Origin: Trichoplax adhaerens
Lineage: Eukaryota; Animalia; Placozoa
NCBI RefSeq assembly: GCF_000150275.1
Contig: NW_002060947.1
Coordinates: forward strand, 852,695-916,694
Direction: 5' to 3'
Length of the DNA: 64,000 nucleotides
The position numbers and the translations under genes were made by a program. The stretch's first letter is position 1. Each line of letters starts with the position of its first letter. Below the pieces are notes generated by a model that was not told where the DNA came from, ran no database searches, and was given only the letters and a program-made list of their open reading frames with translations. Shown in pieces: positions 1 through 13,962 of this stretch.

Positions 1-3000
1 ACTTTTGTACTCCCTAATTACAGTGGATTGTCAGAAAGGAAGCTATGATAAAAATTGCAGCCTTGTATAAATCATTTAAAACCAAGTAATGTTCTTAAAC
101 CATCTACATTGTGATAGCTGTAATTTGTATTAATATATTGCTAAATCAAATAGGAATGAAAAGAATAAATACCATAAAGAATTGCAGTGGATGCCGAATA
201 AATTATTGCATTGTTACTATCAGCCAGGAATTGAAGATAGGTAGGATGTTACTGGTGAAAATTATTAAACGTAGATCTTAACTAAAGGGGTAATGAACGG
301 AATGCCATACCTGAAAATGTTACAGGATTTTCGTTGAAAAGATTTTTCGAACTGCATTAATACCATGCAATTTAAAGGCAAATGATAAAATTTTGCAATT
401 GCTTAACCTTCAGAAAGTACTTGATGATCATGCCCTCAGGTAAAATTAAAACATTGAACTGTAAGATTGTATTTCCGAAAATAATTTTCACAATAGAAAA
501 ATATTTATATCTACAGAGCCTTAAATGAAATTTTCAGATCAAAAGCTATGTAAGTAAATATGCTTTGATAAAATTATTCGGTACAAATAAGTGACTAGCG
601 ATCAATATTAGTTACCTTTTTGTTTTCGTTTTGATCATTTTCAAAGTATGAGGAAGCACATGATGGAGTTTATTCAATTAGTCGACAAAGCGAAGGTATT
701 ATATTATGTAAACTTTTCTATTTGTGACGGATTTATTCATTAATTGTTAACATTGACAGTTGGAACCCGATAACGAAGATATGGAACCGAAAACGTTAGC
801 AAAGAAAATGGTCTTATCAAGTATGCTTCATATTTTACATTCATTATTTGAAAGCTGCACCTGCTATATCAGGTTATTTACCTTTTAAATTTCAGAAATG
901 TTTCCAGATTCTAGTAAAGCACATGACCAATTTAGATACATAGCCGACAGCTTGTATGATCAATTCTTTTGTAACACATTCAAGAAATGCTTTGACCCTA
1001 AAACTGATTGCGAAAAGACTTTGCAAGCAGAGGTAAAATTCGATTTGTAGTGGGCTACCATTGCCATGGACGAAGCTTACGTTTTAATTTTTCCTCTTCT
1101 TTACAGGTTGATATTTTAAAGGATTTAAGCTCAAGACGTATTTCGCCAGAGTGGATGCAAATCCTATTCGATCGTTGTACTTCTGTGACTTTTGATGGTG
1201 CTACTGTGCAATTTTTAGTCAAGCAAATACCGAAGATTGCCAAGAGTATGTCTGCTGATGATCAGCAAAAACTTGCGCAGAATGACAGCGGAAGCAATGA
1301 ATTTAGTAGATGCACTCAGATGTTACAGGTGAATATTATGTATTGCAGATTATAACATGGCTATTCACGTATTAATAAGCTAATAAAAGAACTTCATCTA
1401 AGTTTATTCTTGAAAAATTTATTCAGAGCGTGAGTATTTTAATGCCAACACTATTTACTTCCAAATCTTGCCAAGAAGAAATTTTACAAATGTTAGAAAG
1501 CCAAATGATATCTATAGGTAAGCTAAACATGATAGGTTGAGCAAAATAATATTCGGATGTATCGAAATAATTAAGATTCTATTTTCAGTTGACTTAGCTT
1601 TGCGCGTTTTGGTTAATTGTGCGAAAGAAATAAAAATTGATGAATGCCCTGTTAAATCGTAAGTAACTTACTTGCCGCTTAGATTACGCGTTTAGAGATG
1701 GACTGAAAAGCGAACATCTATCTATTTAGGTTTTTTCAACCAAAACTTATAAAATTCGCCACAAATGGCACCCCGGCACAGGCCAAACTATCCATGAAGT
1801 GTATAGCTACTCTCTGTAAAGATAGTGTGGTAATCATGGAAAGAATTCATGGGGTAAAAATTTGTAATTAATCGTAAATATGTTAAAAAATAAAAATTTG
1901 ATGATCTTTTACTATGATTCATACTTATTAAATACTTTGTATTTCTTTTATACGTAAGACATTGTTAAAATCACTACAAGTAGAATCTAAAATGCTATTG
2001 ACTACGTTAACGTCGCTTGCCCAAATTGCGACCTTTGCTCCTGGGGTATTTGAAAAAAACAGCTTGGAGATTGTACGAGAATTCGTGGTGAAGAAAATTG
2101 TTACTGTGGACGGTGTATGTTATCCATTGATATAGTCGCAATGTTTAGTAATGAATTGTCTAGACCTTTAGTAAGAATGAATAATTTCCTGTTAACAGGT
2201 AAAAGATAAGTCGCACTATCTTTTCTACAAGGAATATTATAATAAATGTTGTTTGCAGGGATTTGTCAACACCCATCAGTATCTTCCCGCCAATTTTGCG
2301 GTTACGCCGAATAAGGTAAGGTAAATTGGGCAACATTCAGATAATACTAAAGTTGTTTACCTGAAGTTATCGTGTTAAACATTCAATAGAAAAGAATTGT
2401 AAGGGGATCACCAACGAAAAAGGTTGCAACAACGCCTAAGGTACGTATTGAATAATGTTGTCAATCAGTGTCTCAATTTTAAGCATACTCATGCATGTCA
2501 CTGGATAGAAATCTTCTGCATCAGAATCGAATACTCCCCTCAAACGAAAATTAATCTCGACACCTAAAAGCAGTTTCGATTTTAAGTATGATTGAATTGA
2601 ATTAATTAACATAAGTATTTATACTCTGTGCACTTACTGAATATTAACGTTTGATCACGTATAGCAACACTAGTGACGACTCGGATAATGACCTTAACCA
2701 TTCAGTTCGAAGGTATGTACATATTCTGTTAGCATTCATGGATAATGCTACTGTAGATTTATTAATCAGACGCTCACTTAAAATGAAATATTATGGCTGT
2801 GACCATATATGTAGCCCCCCCAAGAAAGTGAACGTATCGAGTACGCCTGCAGCCAAACCAAGGTAAGACATAATCGAATCGAAAAAAAATATTTATAGAG
2901 GTATTAAAATTATTTATGTTCTCTTTTACTGCTCAGAAAATCGCGAAAGGGGCCGAGCATTAAAAACACAAACCCTTCCAAGTATGAAATACGTTAACGC

Positions 3001-6000
3001 TATTAATTCTTGTCCTAAGTATGTATTGTATGTTGATATCGCCAAGTAATGTTGGGTATCCTTCCGCCAGGTTGGAGCAACCCACAAAAACTAAAACACG
3101 TCCGAAGCGTGCAAGACGGTAATAATCGACCATTTGATCCTGGTAAAATTTTCTACGCTTAAATTAATTCTTACCGTAAATTGTCGGAAATTAGAGGTCG
3201 TAAAGCTGTAGAAAAAATGGCTGAAGAGTTTGGTTCCGAAGGATCAAATGAGAATAGAGAGAGGTTAGTTACAATTTTGTTATTTGTATGGTTATAGTGT
3301 ATCTTATAATAGTTACGGCATAGTTATTACTTGACGTCGTATGTTAATATTTCATTGTATAAGTTATATTTTCCTTCTGTTTATTGTAGCTCTAGTGATA
3401 TTGTAAGTCCAGACTCTGAGGAAGAGTTAGCATCATCTATTAGCAGGTATTAGTTATTAATTTCAAGCATATTATGCATACGATGATGTTGGAATCTTAT
3501 TTGTTCTTGACTGCTTCGCAGACCTACGAAAACGAAAAGGAGGTGATCATAAATTCTATCACGATCTATTCTTCATGGCATCACATTGAGCCCCTTTGAG
3601 AAGCTGTGTTACTTAAAATCGTTCGTTTTATTTGCAGTAACGACGAAACTTCCGATGATGAAGATCAAAAAGTCTCCCATTCGCGACGAAGGTATGATTA
3701 TTTGTTTTGTGTATGCAACATTCAACCAGACGTTACAATGCTGTATCCTCATTGTGCATAGAAGCCCCAGGAAAAAGCAAAGAACTGCTTCCCCGTCACG
3801 GTAAACGTACCGATACGAAATTGCGTTATTCTGTTATCAACATAAAATTTTGATCCTTTCCCTTCTTTAATTACCGTATTAACATCAGATTTTATTACAA
3901 ATTTGTAGTTCTGCTACAAGTCCGAAGAAAAAACTTAAAAGCGATAAAAGGAAGCCTAGTAAGCAATCTAAATCTAAAGTGGAAAGTAAATCAGTATCCA
4001 AAAGAAGGTAAGGTATTTTATGTTCGCTTGTATGTTAACTTAACTCTATATCGTAGTAATCCATAGTTTGCTGATACTATCTAGGGGCCTAAGAGGAGAC
4101 AAAATGGGAGAGGATAAACAAAGGTGATAAACTTAAGATGTTAAAAGTAGTATTACATCATGCATGTTAACCTTTGCATTTGCAATACTTTATGGCAGTA
4201 CTAACGTAACGGAAAGTATTAAAGTCGAAAAATCACCTACGCAAGCCGGCACAGAAAGTTCTGGTAAAACTCAAAATCAGAAAAGGTAGTTTTATTTCTA
4301 TAATTGCAATCGTTTGATCACAGTGTTAAGATATCTCGGAATACATTTGTCTTACCTGCAGTCATATCAATGAAGACACCGCCCGGCGTGCTAGAGGTCG
4401 CAGGTATTTCCTCTCGGCCGACATAGTAAACAGCTTGTACGACTCTAGAACATGGATTAATTGAATGTATAATTGCTTTTCTTTTCTGGTTCTCATAGGA
4501 AAAAGGAAATAACCGATGTAGACGATAAAGGAAAAGTCGAAGCAAAACAACCAGAAAAGAAGTCCGATCGTACATCACGATCTAAGCAAAGGTATATATG
4601 TGTTTTTATATTTAGATGTCATAAGTGTCTTATATCAATTTACAAAATATTTACACTAGCTCGAAAAAAAAAGATGCCGTTGCAGTAGAGAAAGAACATG
4701 CTATCGCATTAGATACTCATAAATCCGACTCTCCCCTAAATATTCAAAGGTGTCGCTTACACACACCCTAATTATCAAATTGGTTATATAAATTTATTAC
4801 AGGCCCTCTCTATTAAGAAAATTAAATCCTTAATACTTAATATTACAGTAAAAAAGAAACATCTCTGAGGAAAGGGGCTGCAAAGAAGGCCGATGGTAAA
4901 GTTGTATCAAAACCGAGGTATGTATTTATACTTTCAAGGCTGTAAGATGATCACAATTGAATGACAAAAACACTTGCAAATTCTTCATCGATTACACTTT
5001 ACGGCAGCCAAAAGGAACGTAGTAGTCGTTCACAAAGTAGACAAAGGTAAAAGTTTATTGTAGGAGTCTCCTAAATTTATCATTAATACAGGTTAAACGA
5101 TGTTGGTGCTAATTTTTTGCATCTTACGGAATAGCACTACAAGGAAGGCATCAAATACTAGTAAAGCGAAAGAAGAGAGTATTTCAACTGTTACGAAAAG
5201 GGGTAGTGCTGCATCACGATCGAGGAAAAAGTAAGAATAGGACGTTCGTTATTAAATCATTCAAGCGTAAAACGTGTTAAATGTTAGTTTCTTTATTCTG
5301 TATATATATCCTACTCAGGATTGAAAAAAAAAAAGTGAACGAACCTGTAGCAAAGAAAGAGAGGTAGATAGACAATCAGATTTTTTAAGATAAAACTTTC
5401 CGTTTTAGCTGATGCGATAGTATCTCATATGTTGTAGTTTAACCGAAACGAAAGAGGATACAGCTAAAATGGAAGATAGCGATGATAGTGACTCTTCTGA
5501 TTATGTTGAAGCTTCGAGTAAAATGAAGACTACGGAAAAGTATGTCCAATCTTGTACAAAGTGCAATTCTATTTAATATCATATAGCCTCTGAAATCTAG
5601 TTAACGAACTAGTGACGTGTTACCCCATGCTAACAATTGGATTTATCCATTGATGATGCTAATAATTTTGATTAACACTACAATCAACCAGGAAAAGCAA
5701 AAGTGCTGCTAAGTCTAGCAAAGCCACCCCAAAAACTGTGCCCAGAAGGAAGGCCACTACGGTAAAAGTAAGAAGTGAAGGCTGAACTTGTGCTTATTAA
5801 AATGATTGCTAAATTATCCTTTTATTTTAATCTTTGACATTACTACTGTAGAAAAAAGCTGATAAGCAACAAAAATTATTCAAAGGAAATCCTCCACGAA
5901 ACGTAGGCTGTGCTTCATGTTCATAACATCATTTTATATTGAATGTTGTCTAAAATGGTTCCATGCTTTTATTATATTAGGTTAAAAGAAAGAGGAAAAT

Positions 6001-6004
6001 CTGA
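1..6004 (+). CDS. PDS5: PDS5 sister-chromatid cohesion protein, 5'-truncated by the window; multi-exon, stop TGA 6002-6004
   Basis: Spliced peptides IFVEKIFRTALIP..DDHALRALNEIF, ILFDRCTSVTFD, GTPAQAKLSMKCI, LTSLAQIATFAPGVF, FVVKKIV and GFVNTHQYLP match recalled PDS5A/B motifs (LVERIF..VKALNEMW, LLERIAPVHID, GPPRQAKYAIHCI, FIVKDLL, NFSNTKNYLP). A long K/S/R-rich tail of mini-exons follows. The last exon, 5981-6004, reads VKRKRKI*. Confidence 0.88.
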
Positions 6005-6054
6005 TTATCTAAATATAAGAACTTAGGGTGTTTTTCCGATTAACAAATAGTAAA

Positions 6055-9000
6055 TTAATGAGATTGTGCAATATTAGAAAAATAAATCAGTACATCGTCA
6101 ATAGAGAATTCTAATGTAATATTTGAGCCGGGATAACATCTCTTAACTAAATCTTGTATATTGTTGTATTGTCGGAGAAAGTGCTCTTGCATACTGTGCC
6201 AAACAACCTACAAATAAACATTGAAGTGAAATGGTTTCAGTATATCGCTGCTATTGTATAAGTAACGTACGTGCACTGTTACTAAGCGTCATTGTACCTG
6301 CAAGAGATTTTCTTCTTCACACAAGTGTTTTTCAACTTTCTTATATAAACTATCTAAACCCTTTCTAACCTATAGCGGATACAATGTTAACATAGATTCA
6401 CTTAACAACGACGTATTCGTAAGTTAATAATTATGCCAACTTCTGTAGCTTACTTCTTTCGCGGGATATTCTTTGATTATTTTCCGAAGTTCTTGTTTGT
6501 TATAAGCTAACTGGAAGCCAACTTCTTCAGCTTTAACACCGGATGCTAACAGATTCTCTAACCCGTCGATAAATGTCTATAAAGATTAAAGAAATCAGTT
6601 ACCTACTCGCAAAGTCTGAAAGTGTTTTACTATTTGATACAAGTTTCGAATTACGTTTAGGTTTTCCATTGGTCGACCCAACATGGATGTAATGTATGCA
6701 TTTAAATAAAATTGATAGTTTTCTTTTGCTTCTTTTCTTTCATTTTCTAAGCTGGTAATTTTCAAACGTGCAATGCTTGCTACAAATGGATCGAATAACG
6801 TTGAATGTACGATTACCTTTTAGTAATGTTTTATAGCTTATAAGAACTGCTTAAATGTAATTATAGTAAGTAAATTAGGGCGATAAATAAAGTCGAAGTG
6901 TTTTCAACAGTATACTTACAAAATAATCGATGAAAGTTTTCTAGTCATTATATCGAGAGATAAACAGAAATTGACACCCAAATATTAGTCTTAATTTGTA
7001 ATGTCATTAAAACGTAAAAGCTCCTTGTCTATTATTACCAAAGTTTATGACGTCCTTAGGTGTTTTTGGATGCTCAAGTGCTACTCTAGAAATTCCAGCA
7101 CATATAGCAATAAACAAACGAGAATATGCCTTATCGAGATCGCCTCTCCTGTCAGAACCTTTAAATATCGTTTCTGCCTCTTCTGCAAATTCCTGCAAGA
7201 GAAGTTAGGAGATATTGGATCCCGTTGATGAAACTAATATGCACTAATATTCGAATATTTATAAATTCAATGCAAACCTCAAATTTAATGACAAATGGAA
7301 GAATTCCGCATTTTGATTTCTTACTGATTTTGTAATCATCGAAAGATCTCGTCAAACTTGTCTAATACAAATTTTAATGAAACGGAGGTATTATGCTGTG
7401 AGATTAATGATGTCCTTAAAATAACAAGGCATCATTTTTTCTTTTGGTTTTCATAAAGTTTGTAAAGGTGAACTACCAAGGGTATTATTACATTGCTGTA
7501 CTTACTACACATCCATCGAATAGACGCTTAACAGTAACCAACCAATTCGCAATCAACTTGCTGTAAAAGGAAGCTACACCTTGAGCGTACCCGTAGTGAG
7601 ATTTTATTTGTGCACTAACGCGTACGAACATGTGTAGAGAAATTCTAAAATATAGTAGCAGATATAATTAGAGTATATTTTCAATCTGCAACTATAAAGC
7701 ATCAAATGAGGTACAAAAAAATATAAGTGAATTTAAAATGAACATACGACGGATCAACTTTGTCACCAGCCTTAATGAGATTAGCCATATCCGAATCTAG
7801 TGAAGGAAAGATTTCTTCTAGCATATTCCTAAAAATGTTACCAAAGCATTCATTTATGGATTCGTAATACCACATTTACATGGGACTACCCATTCTCAAG
7901 CAAAACTTGTAGTAAATAACTACCTGGCGTCGTCGAAAGTCTTTCGTCTACGTATAGAGAAATATAAGTTGGTGATCAAAATCTGTTAAATTCAGCCTTA
8001 CTGTTATTAGAACTTACTGTTTTTCCATCATTGCGTCCTTTCTTGCACGACTGCCCTTCTTAGTACGAAACGCATCAGGTATATCATTTCCATTACCAAG
8101 TTCTGATGAGTTGCTAGTTGATAGCTGACTCAATCTCCTCCTACTTTCTGCTACACTACCAGAGCTATCAATCGTGTCTTCGTTAATCTGTTGCTGTAGG
8201 GAAAATGCGGTTAAAACATAATCATGACTCAAGTCATGTAATAAAATTATAGCCTAGCAACAAACCGGATGGTTGGTCTTGATATCGCTAACAACGGGAA
8301 GATGAAAGAATTCCGTAATAAAGTCCTGTTCATGACCAACATACGATCCTAATCCCTCTAATAAAATTCCAAAAACCTAAGCAAAGAACCATTTCGGTTA
8401 AATTATTTTCATTAAACGGCTATAATCTTGATATTAATCCTAAATGATGCACCTTTCCAAATTTAGCAATAACTTCCTTATCAAACCCGGACGTTTCAGA
8501 GTTATGTATACCAGATCTTATATCCACATTCTTTAAACTTTTCGTGGCCGTATTGAAAACATCTATCATTAAGGGTAAAAACAGAATAAGAGTAATCAAT
8601 GGAATGACAGAAACTACAAACGCTAACGTATCGTTGATAAACTGCTTACCAAAAACTTTACTGTCAGAATTACTCTTCTGAAAAACTTTCTTAATTTTCT
8701 CAAAATAGTCATGCAATTCCTTTTCATATCGCTTACTGATACAACGAGTATATGCCTAACAAGACCATAAATATTATACAGTAAGATTGATCGTAATACG
8801 CCCATTTACTAAGTAGGATCAATTAAAGAACTAAATTATACAGCTACGCATACATTGCAAAGATCCTCAAACATAACTGAGTCCATTTCTTTTAACCATA
8901 AAACTAATTGCGCATAGGGTAATAGCTTTGAGTGTCTGATAGCATGCTTTGGAAGTACAATTTCTCCTGATGAGCCAACACTTATAAACTCGAATGTACT

Positions 9001-12000
9001 ACCCTATGGTTTTGTTATCATAAGAATTATCATATTAGCGAAAAAATATTTATAACTCTTAATAATTGATATGCATAATGACAATATTACCTGCTTTTCA
9101 AACATACTAATTAACCGTTCCTTGAGACGTTTCTTAAATTTTGTACAGTGCATGCTAATATTTTGAAATTGTTCGCTAACAGCATTTAGCCGAATCAATT
9201 CTGACGTTAAACCAATTGAAACCGTTAGATAATTGTCATAATTTTATCGCTTAGTGTCAACACCTTCGAGGCTAACAACTCAGCCATGTTAAATTTATTA
9301 CTAACCTGGTTTCGAATCCGATTTTAAAGCAATTTGAGCAGCTAAGGCAGCTTCAGTACATTTCGGTAATGCGTATTCATCATCTACACTAGCTTCGGCT
9401 AGTGTAGTCAAGTATTCCTCTGGTAAGTCAAATCGTTCCTAGATATAATGGCAAAATTAGCTATTTCTAATAGTAAAGTAATTCTCTTACTTAACACTAT
9501 TGTGAATATGGTAATATAATCATCTTATAGAAAGAACTGTATAGCAGTTATACAATTACAAACCACGATTGCCTCTACTTCAGCTATTAGTTTGTTATAA
9601 TTTTTCATCTCCACTATCATATGATCGTTTATGGAACTCATTTGATGCATATGCTTCTCAACGGTCTAAATTAAAATGAATAAGAACCTATATTACAGAT
9701 TTTGGTAAAAATTACAGTGGGATGAAAATTATAAATGCGATTCTTTCAGAAAAACAACCTTAAGCAATTCAGAATAGTAACTCAATTTATCTTCGACTCC
9801 GTCCAATTCCTTCACGCTATCATTAATATATTCTACAAGATCTATAACACCTTGTTCGGCATTCATAATAGTTTGAATATTAGCCTGTAGATAGTAAGAT
9901 ACAAATCATCAATTAGTTAGTTTAGGTGTCATCGATATGGGCTACGTACCACATTTGTCGAGACGTAAGTGAGTTAAAACTAAATAGCGAACATTTATCC
10001 GTGTCAAATTCTTGCTATAACGATTTGCAATATTTAAAATCTGCTTAATCATTTGTAACTTAAGCATATTATACGTACACCATCGAGTGCAATTAGTTCT
10101 TCGGATAATTTTTCGGTAAATAGTTCAGCATTAGTTATCGAATAATCGAATTTGCTCATCATGGCTTGAAGATCTGCTTCTTCAGCTGTTGTTAATTCTT
10201 GATAATCTTCTGCGGCTGAGTTAATTATTTATTTATTACGTTAGTAATTACGTAAGTTAATTCCACTATAATAAGGCAATTAACAGTGTCCAACCAACAT
10301 ACTTTCAACTCCTTCTACTTGTAAAATAGCATCCTGCTGCTGATCGGCCTCGTTTGCATTGGCATTAAGTAATAGTTCTAAATTAATTTTAATTTGTAGT
10401 TTGAGTGCATAGTCAGGTACCAATAGGAGTAAAATCGTACTTTATTACGATTCGATTTATAAATTCAAACGCATTAGTATCTCAAATGATGTCAATACTC
10501 AACTCTTCAAACTATTATTCAAATTTCGAAAATCGACATTTTGAGCTGGAACGAATTTGTTACAGATCTACGAGAGACCATAGCAGACACAATTTAGCAA
10601 ATCGTATTTATGATGGTGATGTTTTTGTTAGTCACCATCCAAGTAAGATCAAGAAAGCGATTACCAGCGTAACAATTATATTACACTGTATTAACTAAAA
10701 GTAATGATTAAATCTTTACTTTAAACTTTTGCTAGTTACTACACTGAATTATGTTGAAAGCATAAACAATATTTCAATTTACCTTCCATAGTTGCCCAAT
10801 AAAAGCAGTCTTTTCGTAAACATTATTAGCTACCCATTTGAATGTTTTCTCAAGTATTAAATCGAAATCTTTACTTTCCTACAATTATACAACAGTCGAA
10901 AGGATATCAATATCATCTATTGATTCAATGATTACGATAGCGTTTTATTATAGATCAAAAATTATAGTTAAACTAAATAACAAGGAACTATCACTTTAAA
11001 ATATTTATTTGCATTACTGTAGCAGTTGGGTCAACATTAACGCGTATTAGCTTACGAATTTGGAGAATTTATCCGTATCAATAGAAATTCAAGTTTGAAA
11101 GTTATTATTTCGCTTTAGTAAATCGTAGCAGAAGGTAGAGAAATATGATAAAAATAACGCAATTTACTAAGGTTCTCGTCTACAGTATACTGTACAGCTA
11201 AAGATATCATACTGTACGTGTGCTACTTGTTTATAAAAACCGGAACCGTCCGAAAAAGACTAGATCAATTAAATGTTCAGTTGCCAATATATTGGTATCT
11301 CATTATATGCTGAAGACTTACCTCGCCGCTGTCTTTGCCATCTACTGCCTTGAGTTGCTTGATGGTCCATGACGTCTTCTTTTTGAATGTGCCCTTTTCA
11401 GATTTTCTGACTTGATATAACGAAACTTGTATCGGCTCCATTTTAGTCGCTACCATAACATTCAAATCAAACTCTATTAACTTAGCTTAAAATGGCATCA
11501 TGTTGTTTCAAAATGTTCATATAGTACAGTACAAGAAAAAATAGCATTCTAGCTGTTGAAGCACAATTCTACTGTACTGTACGTAGTTAGTATTTCTAGT
11601 TTCTATGCTTTATCAATATGCAAAATGGTAGTAGGCGTATATGATTACCAGAGGCACAATTAGTCAATTTCCTGTAAGAAACTAAATAAGATTGAGACAG
11701 TAATTGGTCAAGTGAAATATGTGATACGTAATTCATCATGATAAAGGCGTCTACAATACGTTGAGACGTGCAATCCTCATTGCTCTCTATTATTATAACG
11801 TTGTCTACAATGACTAAGAATGAAAATGTCAATTCTACAACTTGGTTACATGCTAGCCTATCTTGCTGATTTGGGTCGTGATTTTAGTATTCAGAGAATT
11901 CCTAGCTACCTATTTATCCCAACCTATTGCTGTGGTTTAATTTGGATGGCTTACGAGGTAATGCAATGTACAAAGGAAACTTTGATATGCATTAAAAATC

Positions 12001-12671
12001 ATGTAGGCTGCAACTACAGTAAATTGCGATTCAAGTCGAGTGTTGTTCAATCTAGGTGTGTCATCAATTCATAAAATTTTCAAGCAATCAAGACTTTTAT
12101 ACATCTATAGACCATAGACTTCTGACAGTAAAGCTTACCGTCATAACTCTCTATCGCAGATAATTCTGTTTAGTGATTTATTTTCGACAATACTTCTAAT
12201 AAAAATTGCTATCTTCACTATTATGATAACTAGTTTAATAATTGAATCCAATGTAATTTGACTGCAATCATCACAGCAAAGGAATGGTAAAGACAATCTC
12301 AGTCTATGAAGACAAGAAGGCAACGATCAATCAGTGTTGTCATACAGAGTCATTTGAACATTGGCTTCACTGAACGGAGACTTTCAGCAATAGGATTTTT
12401 CATTGACAGCGCAGGCTATCACAACATTATCCACATTAACTTGTATCTTTTCACTACTCGTCCCGTTCAACATGGTTCACTTAGGCATTGAAACCATGGT
12501 TATTTGCATACTGTACTTTAATATTATTATTCAAATAAACTTACCTGCAATACATAAAAAATCCGTTTTCTTCCTTTTACCGCCACGTTTATTGACCCGA
12601 ACAAACGCACGCAAGACTTCTTCACCAGGTGTAAAAACCTCATTCTGTAGTCTATGCTTCAAAGCAGCCAT
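6055..12671 (-). CDS. EXOC1: Exocyst complex component 1 (Sec3), multi-exon
   Basis: Exon 1 (12671-12545) reads [29 protein letters not shown]. Exon 2 (11449-11322) reads ..[29 protein letters not shown] (Sec3 PIP2-binding PH-like domain). The terminal exons [26 protein letters not shown] / [24 protein letters not shown] / VVWHSMQ..RCYPGS..IAQSH* match the EXOC1 C-terminus. Internal exons were not all traced. Confidence 0.93.
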
Positions 12672-12820
12672 TTTCGATTTGAGTTAGGGATTAGTCGGTT
12701 TCAATAATTTTATGCAAAATGGCGTCCAATCCCAACTATTGATTGTACATAATTGACAAAGTATTTCTTCTTAATTGGCTGGCCTAGTTGAAATTTTCAG
12801 CAATGGACGATGACAGAAAG

Positions 12821-12851
12821 TTTCAATTGCATTTGACGAATGCAATTGAAA
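12821..12851. promoter_or_regulatory. Perfect 13-bp inverted repeat about 150 bp upstream of the EXOC1 ATG
   Basis: TTTCAATTGCATT-TGACG-AATGCAATTGAAA, with CCAAT/ATTGG motifs nearby (about 12726 and 12774). The regulatory role is inferred from position only. Confidence 0.5.
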
Positions 12852-13124
12852 GTTACAATAGGGCGAATGTCAGCCTATGAAGATCGATAAGGCTTTTATG
12901 ACTTTGTGGGTCGTGCTACCGAAGCGTGTAGCACAGTCTGTAATCACTTTGGAACTTCAAGCACAACGACTGAGGCAAACTGATGCGTTATGACGAAGCT
13001 GCGAGTCACCCTTGCAGCGTATCATACTGTTGCAACACGAAGCAATGGGCGGGTGAAGTGACATCCACTTCAGTAACGCTTGTTTACAACACTGCTCTGT
13101 ACGACTCCCTGTGAACACGAGTGG

Positions 13125-13620
13125 GTGTACTGTACAAGTACTGTGTACAGTAGGTAGGTACTCATTAGGTACTGTACTGTACTGTACACTGTGTTCAGTA
13201 CATACAGTACTGTACATTGTCAGACTCAGCCAACCGTGGACTTTCTGGCGAATCCGTAAAGAGTTAGTCGATGTCTGCTCCAGCCTAGGCATCCATTTTT
13301 TTTTAGTTGTTCAATCTTGCCCCCAACTGAGTTTCTGATACAATGGTATACCGTTAGTTTACTCATAGCTCAGCAATAAAGTACTACTATACCGTCGATA
13401 GTCAATCTTGGAGTTAATAATTCCATGTTACTGTAGAAAGTGAAGCTTCTAGCAATCAAACTGACAAGTTGTCATTCGCACTGGATGACGTCACTCTCGC
13501 CTTGTACAACATCGTACTTGTACAGTAAAGTAACGTGTACTGTACACTGTACACTGTACACTGTACACTGTACACTACTGTAAACTTCAGACTCCACTAC
13601 TAGACTGGTACAGTACAATG
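13125..13620. repeat. TGTAC/TACAG/TACTG low-complexity palindromic repeat clusters
   Basis: Runs such as GTACTGTACTGTACTGTACACTG (about 13170-13195) and (CTGTACA)n (about 13540-13575). Confidence 0.8.
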
Positions 13621-13962
13621 TGTAACACGGAGTTTTGTAGATGAAGATCACTGAAATCATCGTTTGCTTAGTGTTTCTTTTTCAGGCATCCAAGGTAGAA
13701 GACATTGATGTCCACTACATCTCCAAACGTCAGTAAGGCTTTGCTGTACTTCATGTCGAAGCGACCGTGCATTTCATATATTATATCAGCAATGATAAAA
13801 TCGGTGGCAATCGCATCATTGTTAAGACTATGTAAATATCAAACTTTGCACTTTAGGAGAAGTTGCATGTAAGGGATTGAAATGGAGTTTTACAGTACTG
13901 TAGTATGCCATTTGCTGAGAACTGGTTTCACCAATGAATACTATAATGTATACAGTATTCTA

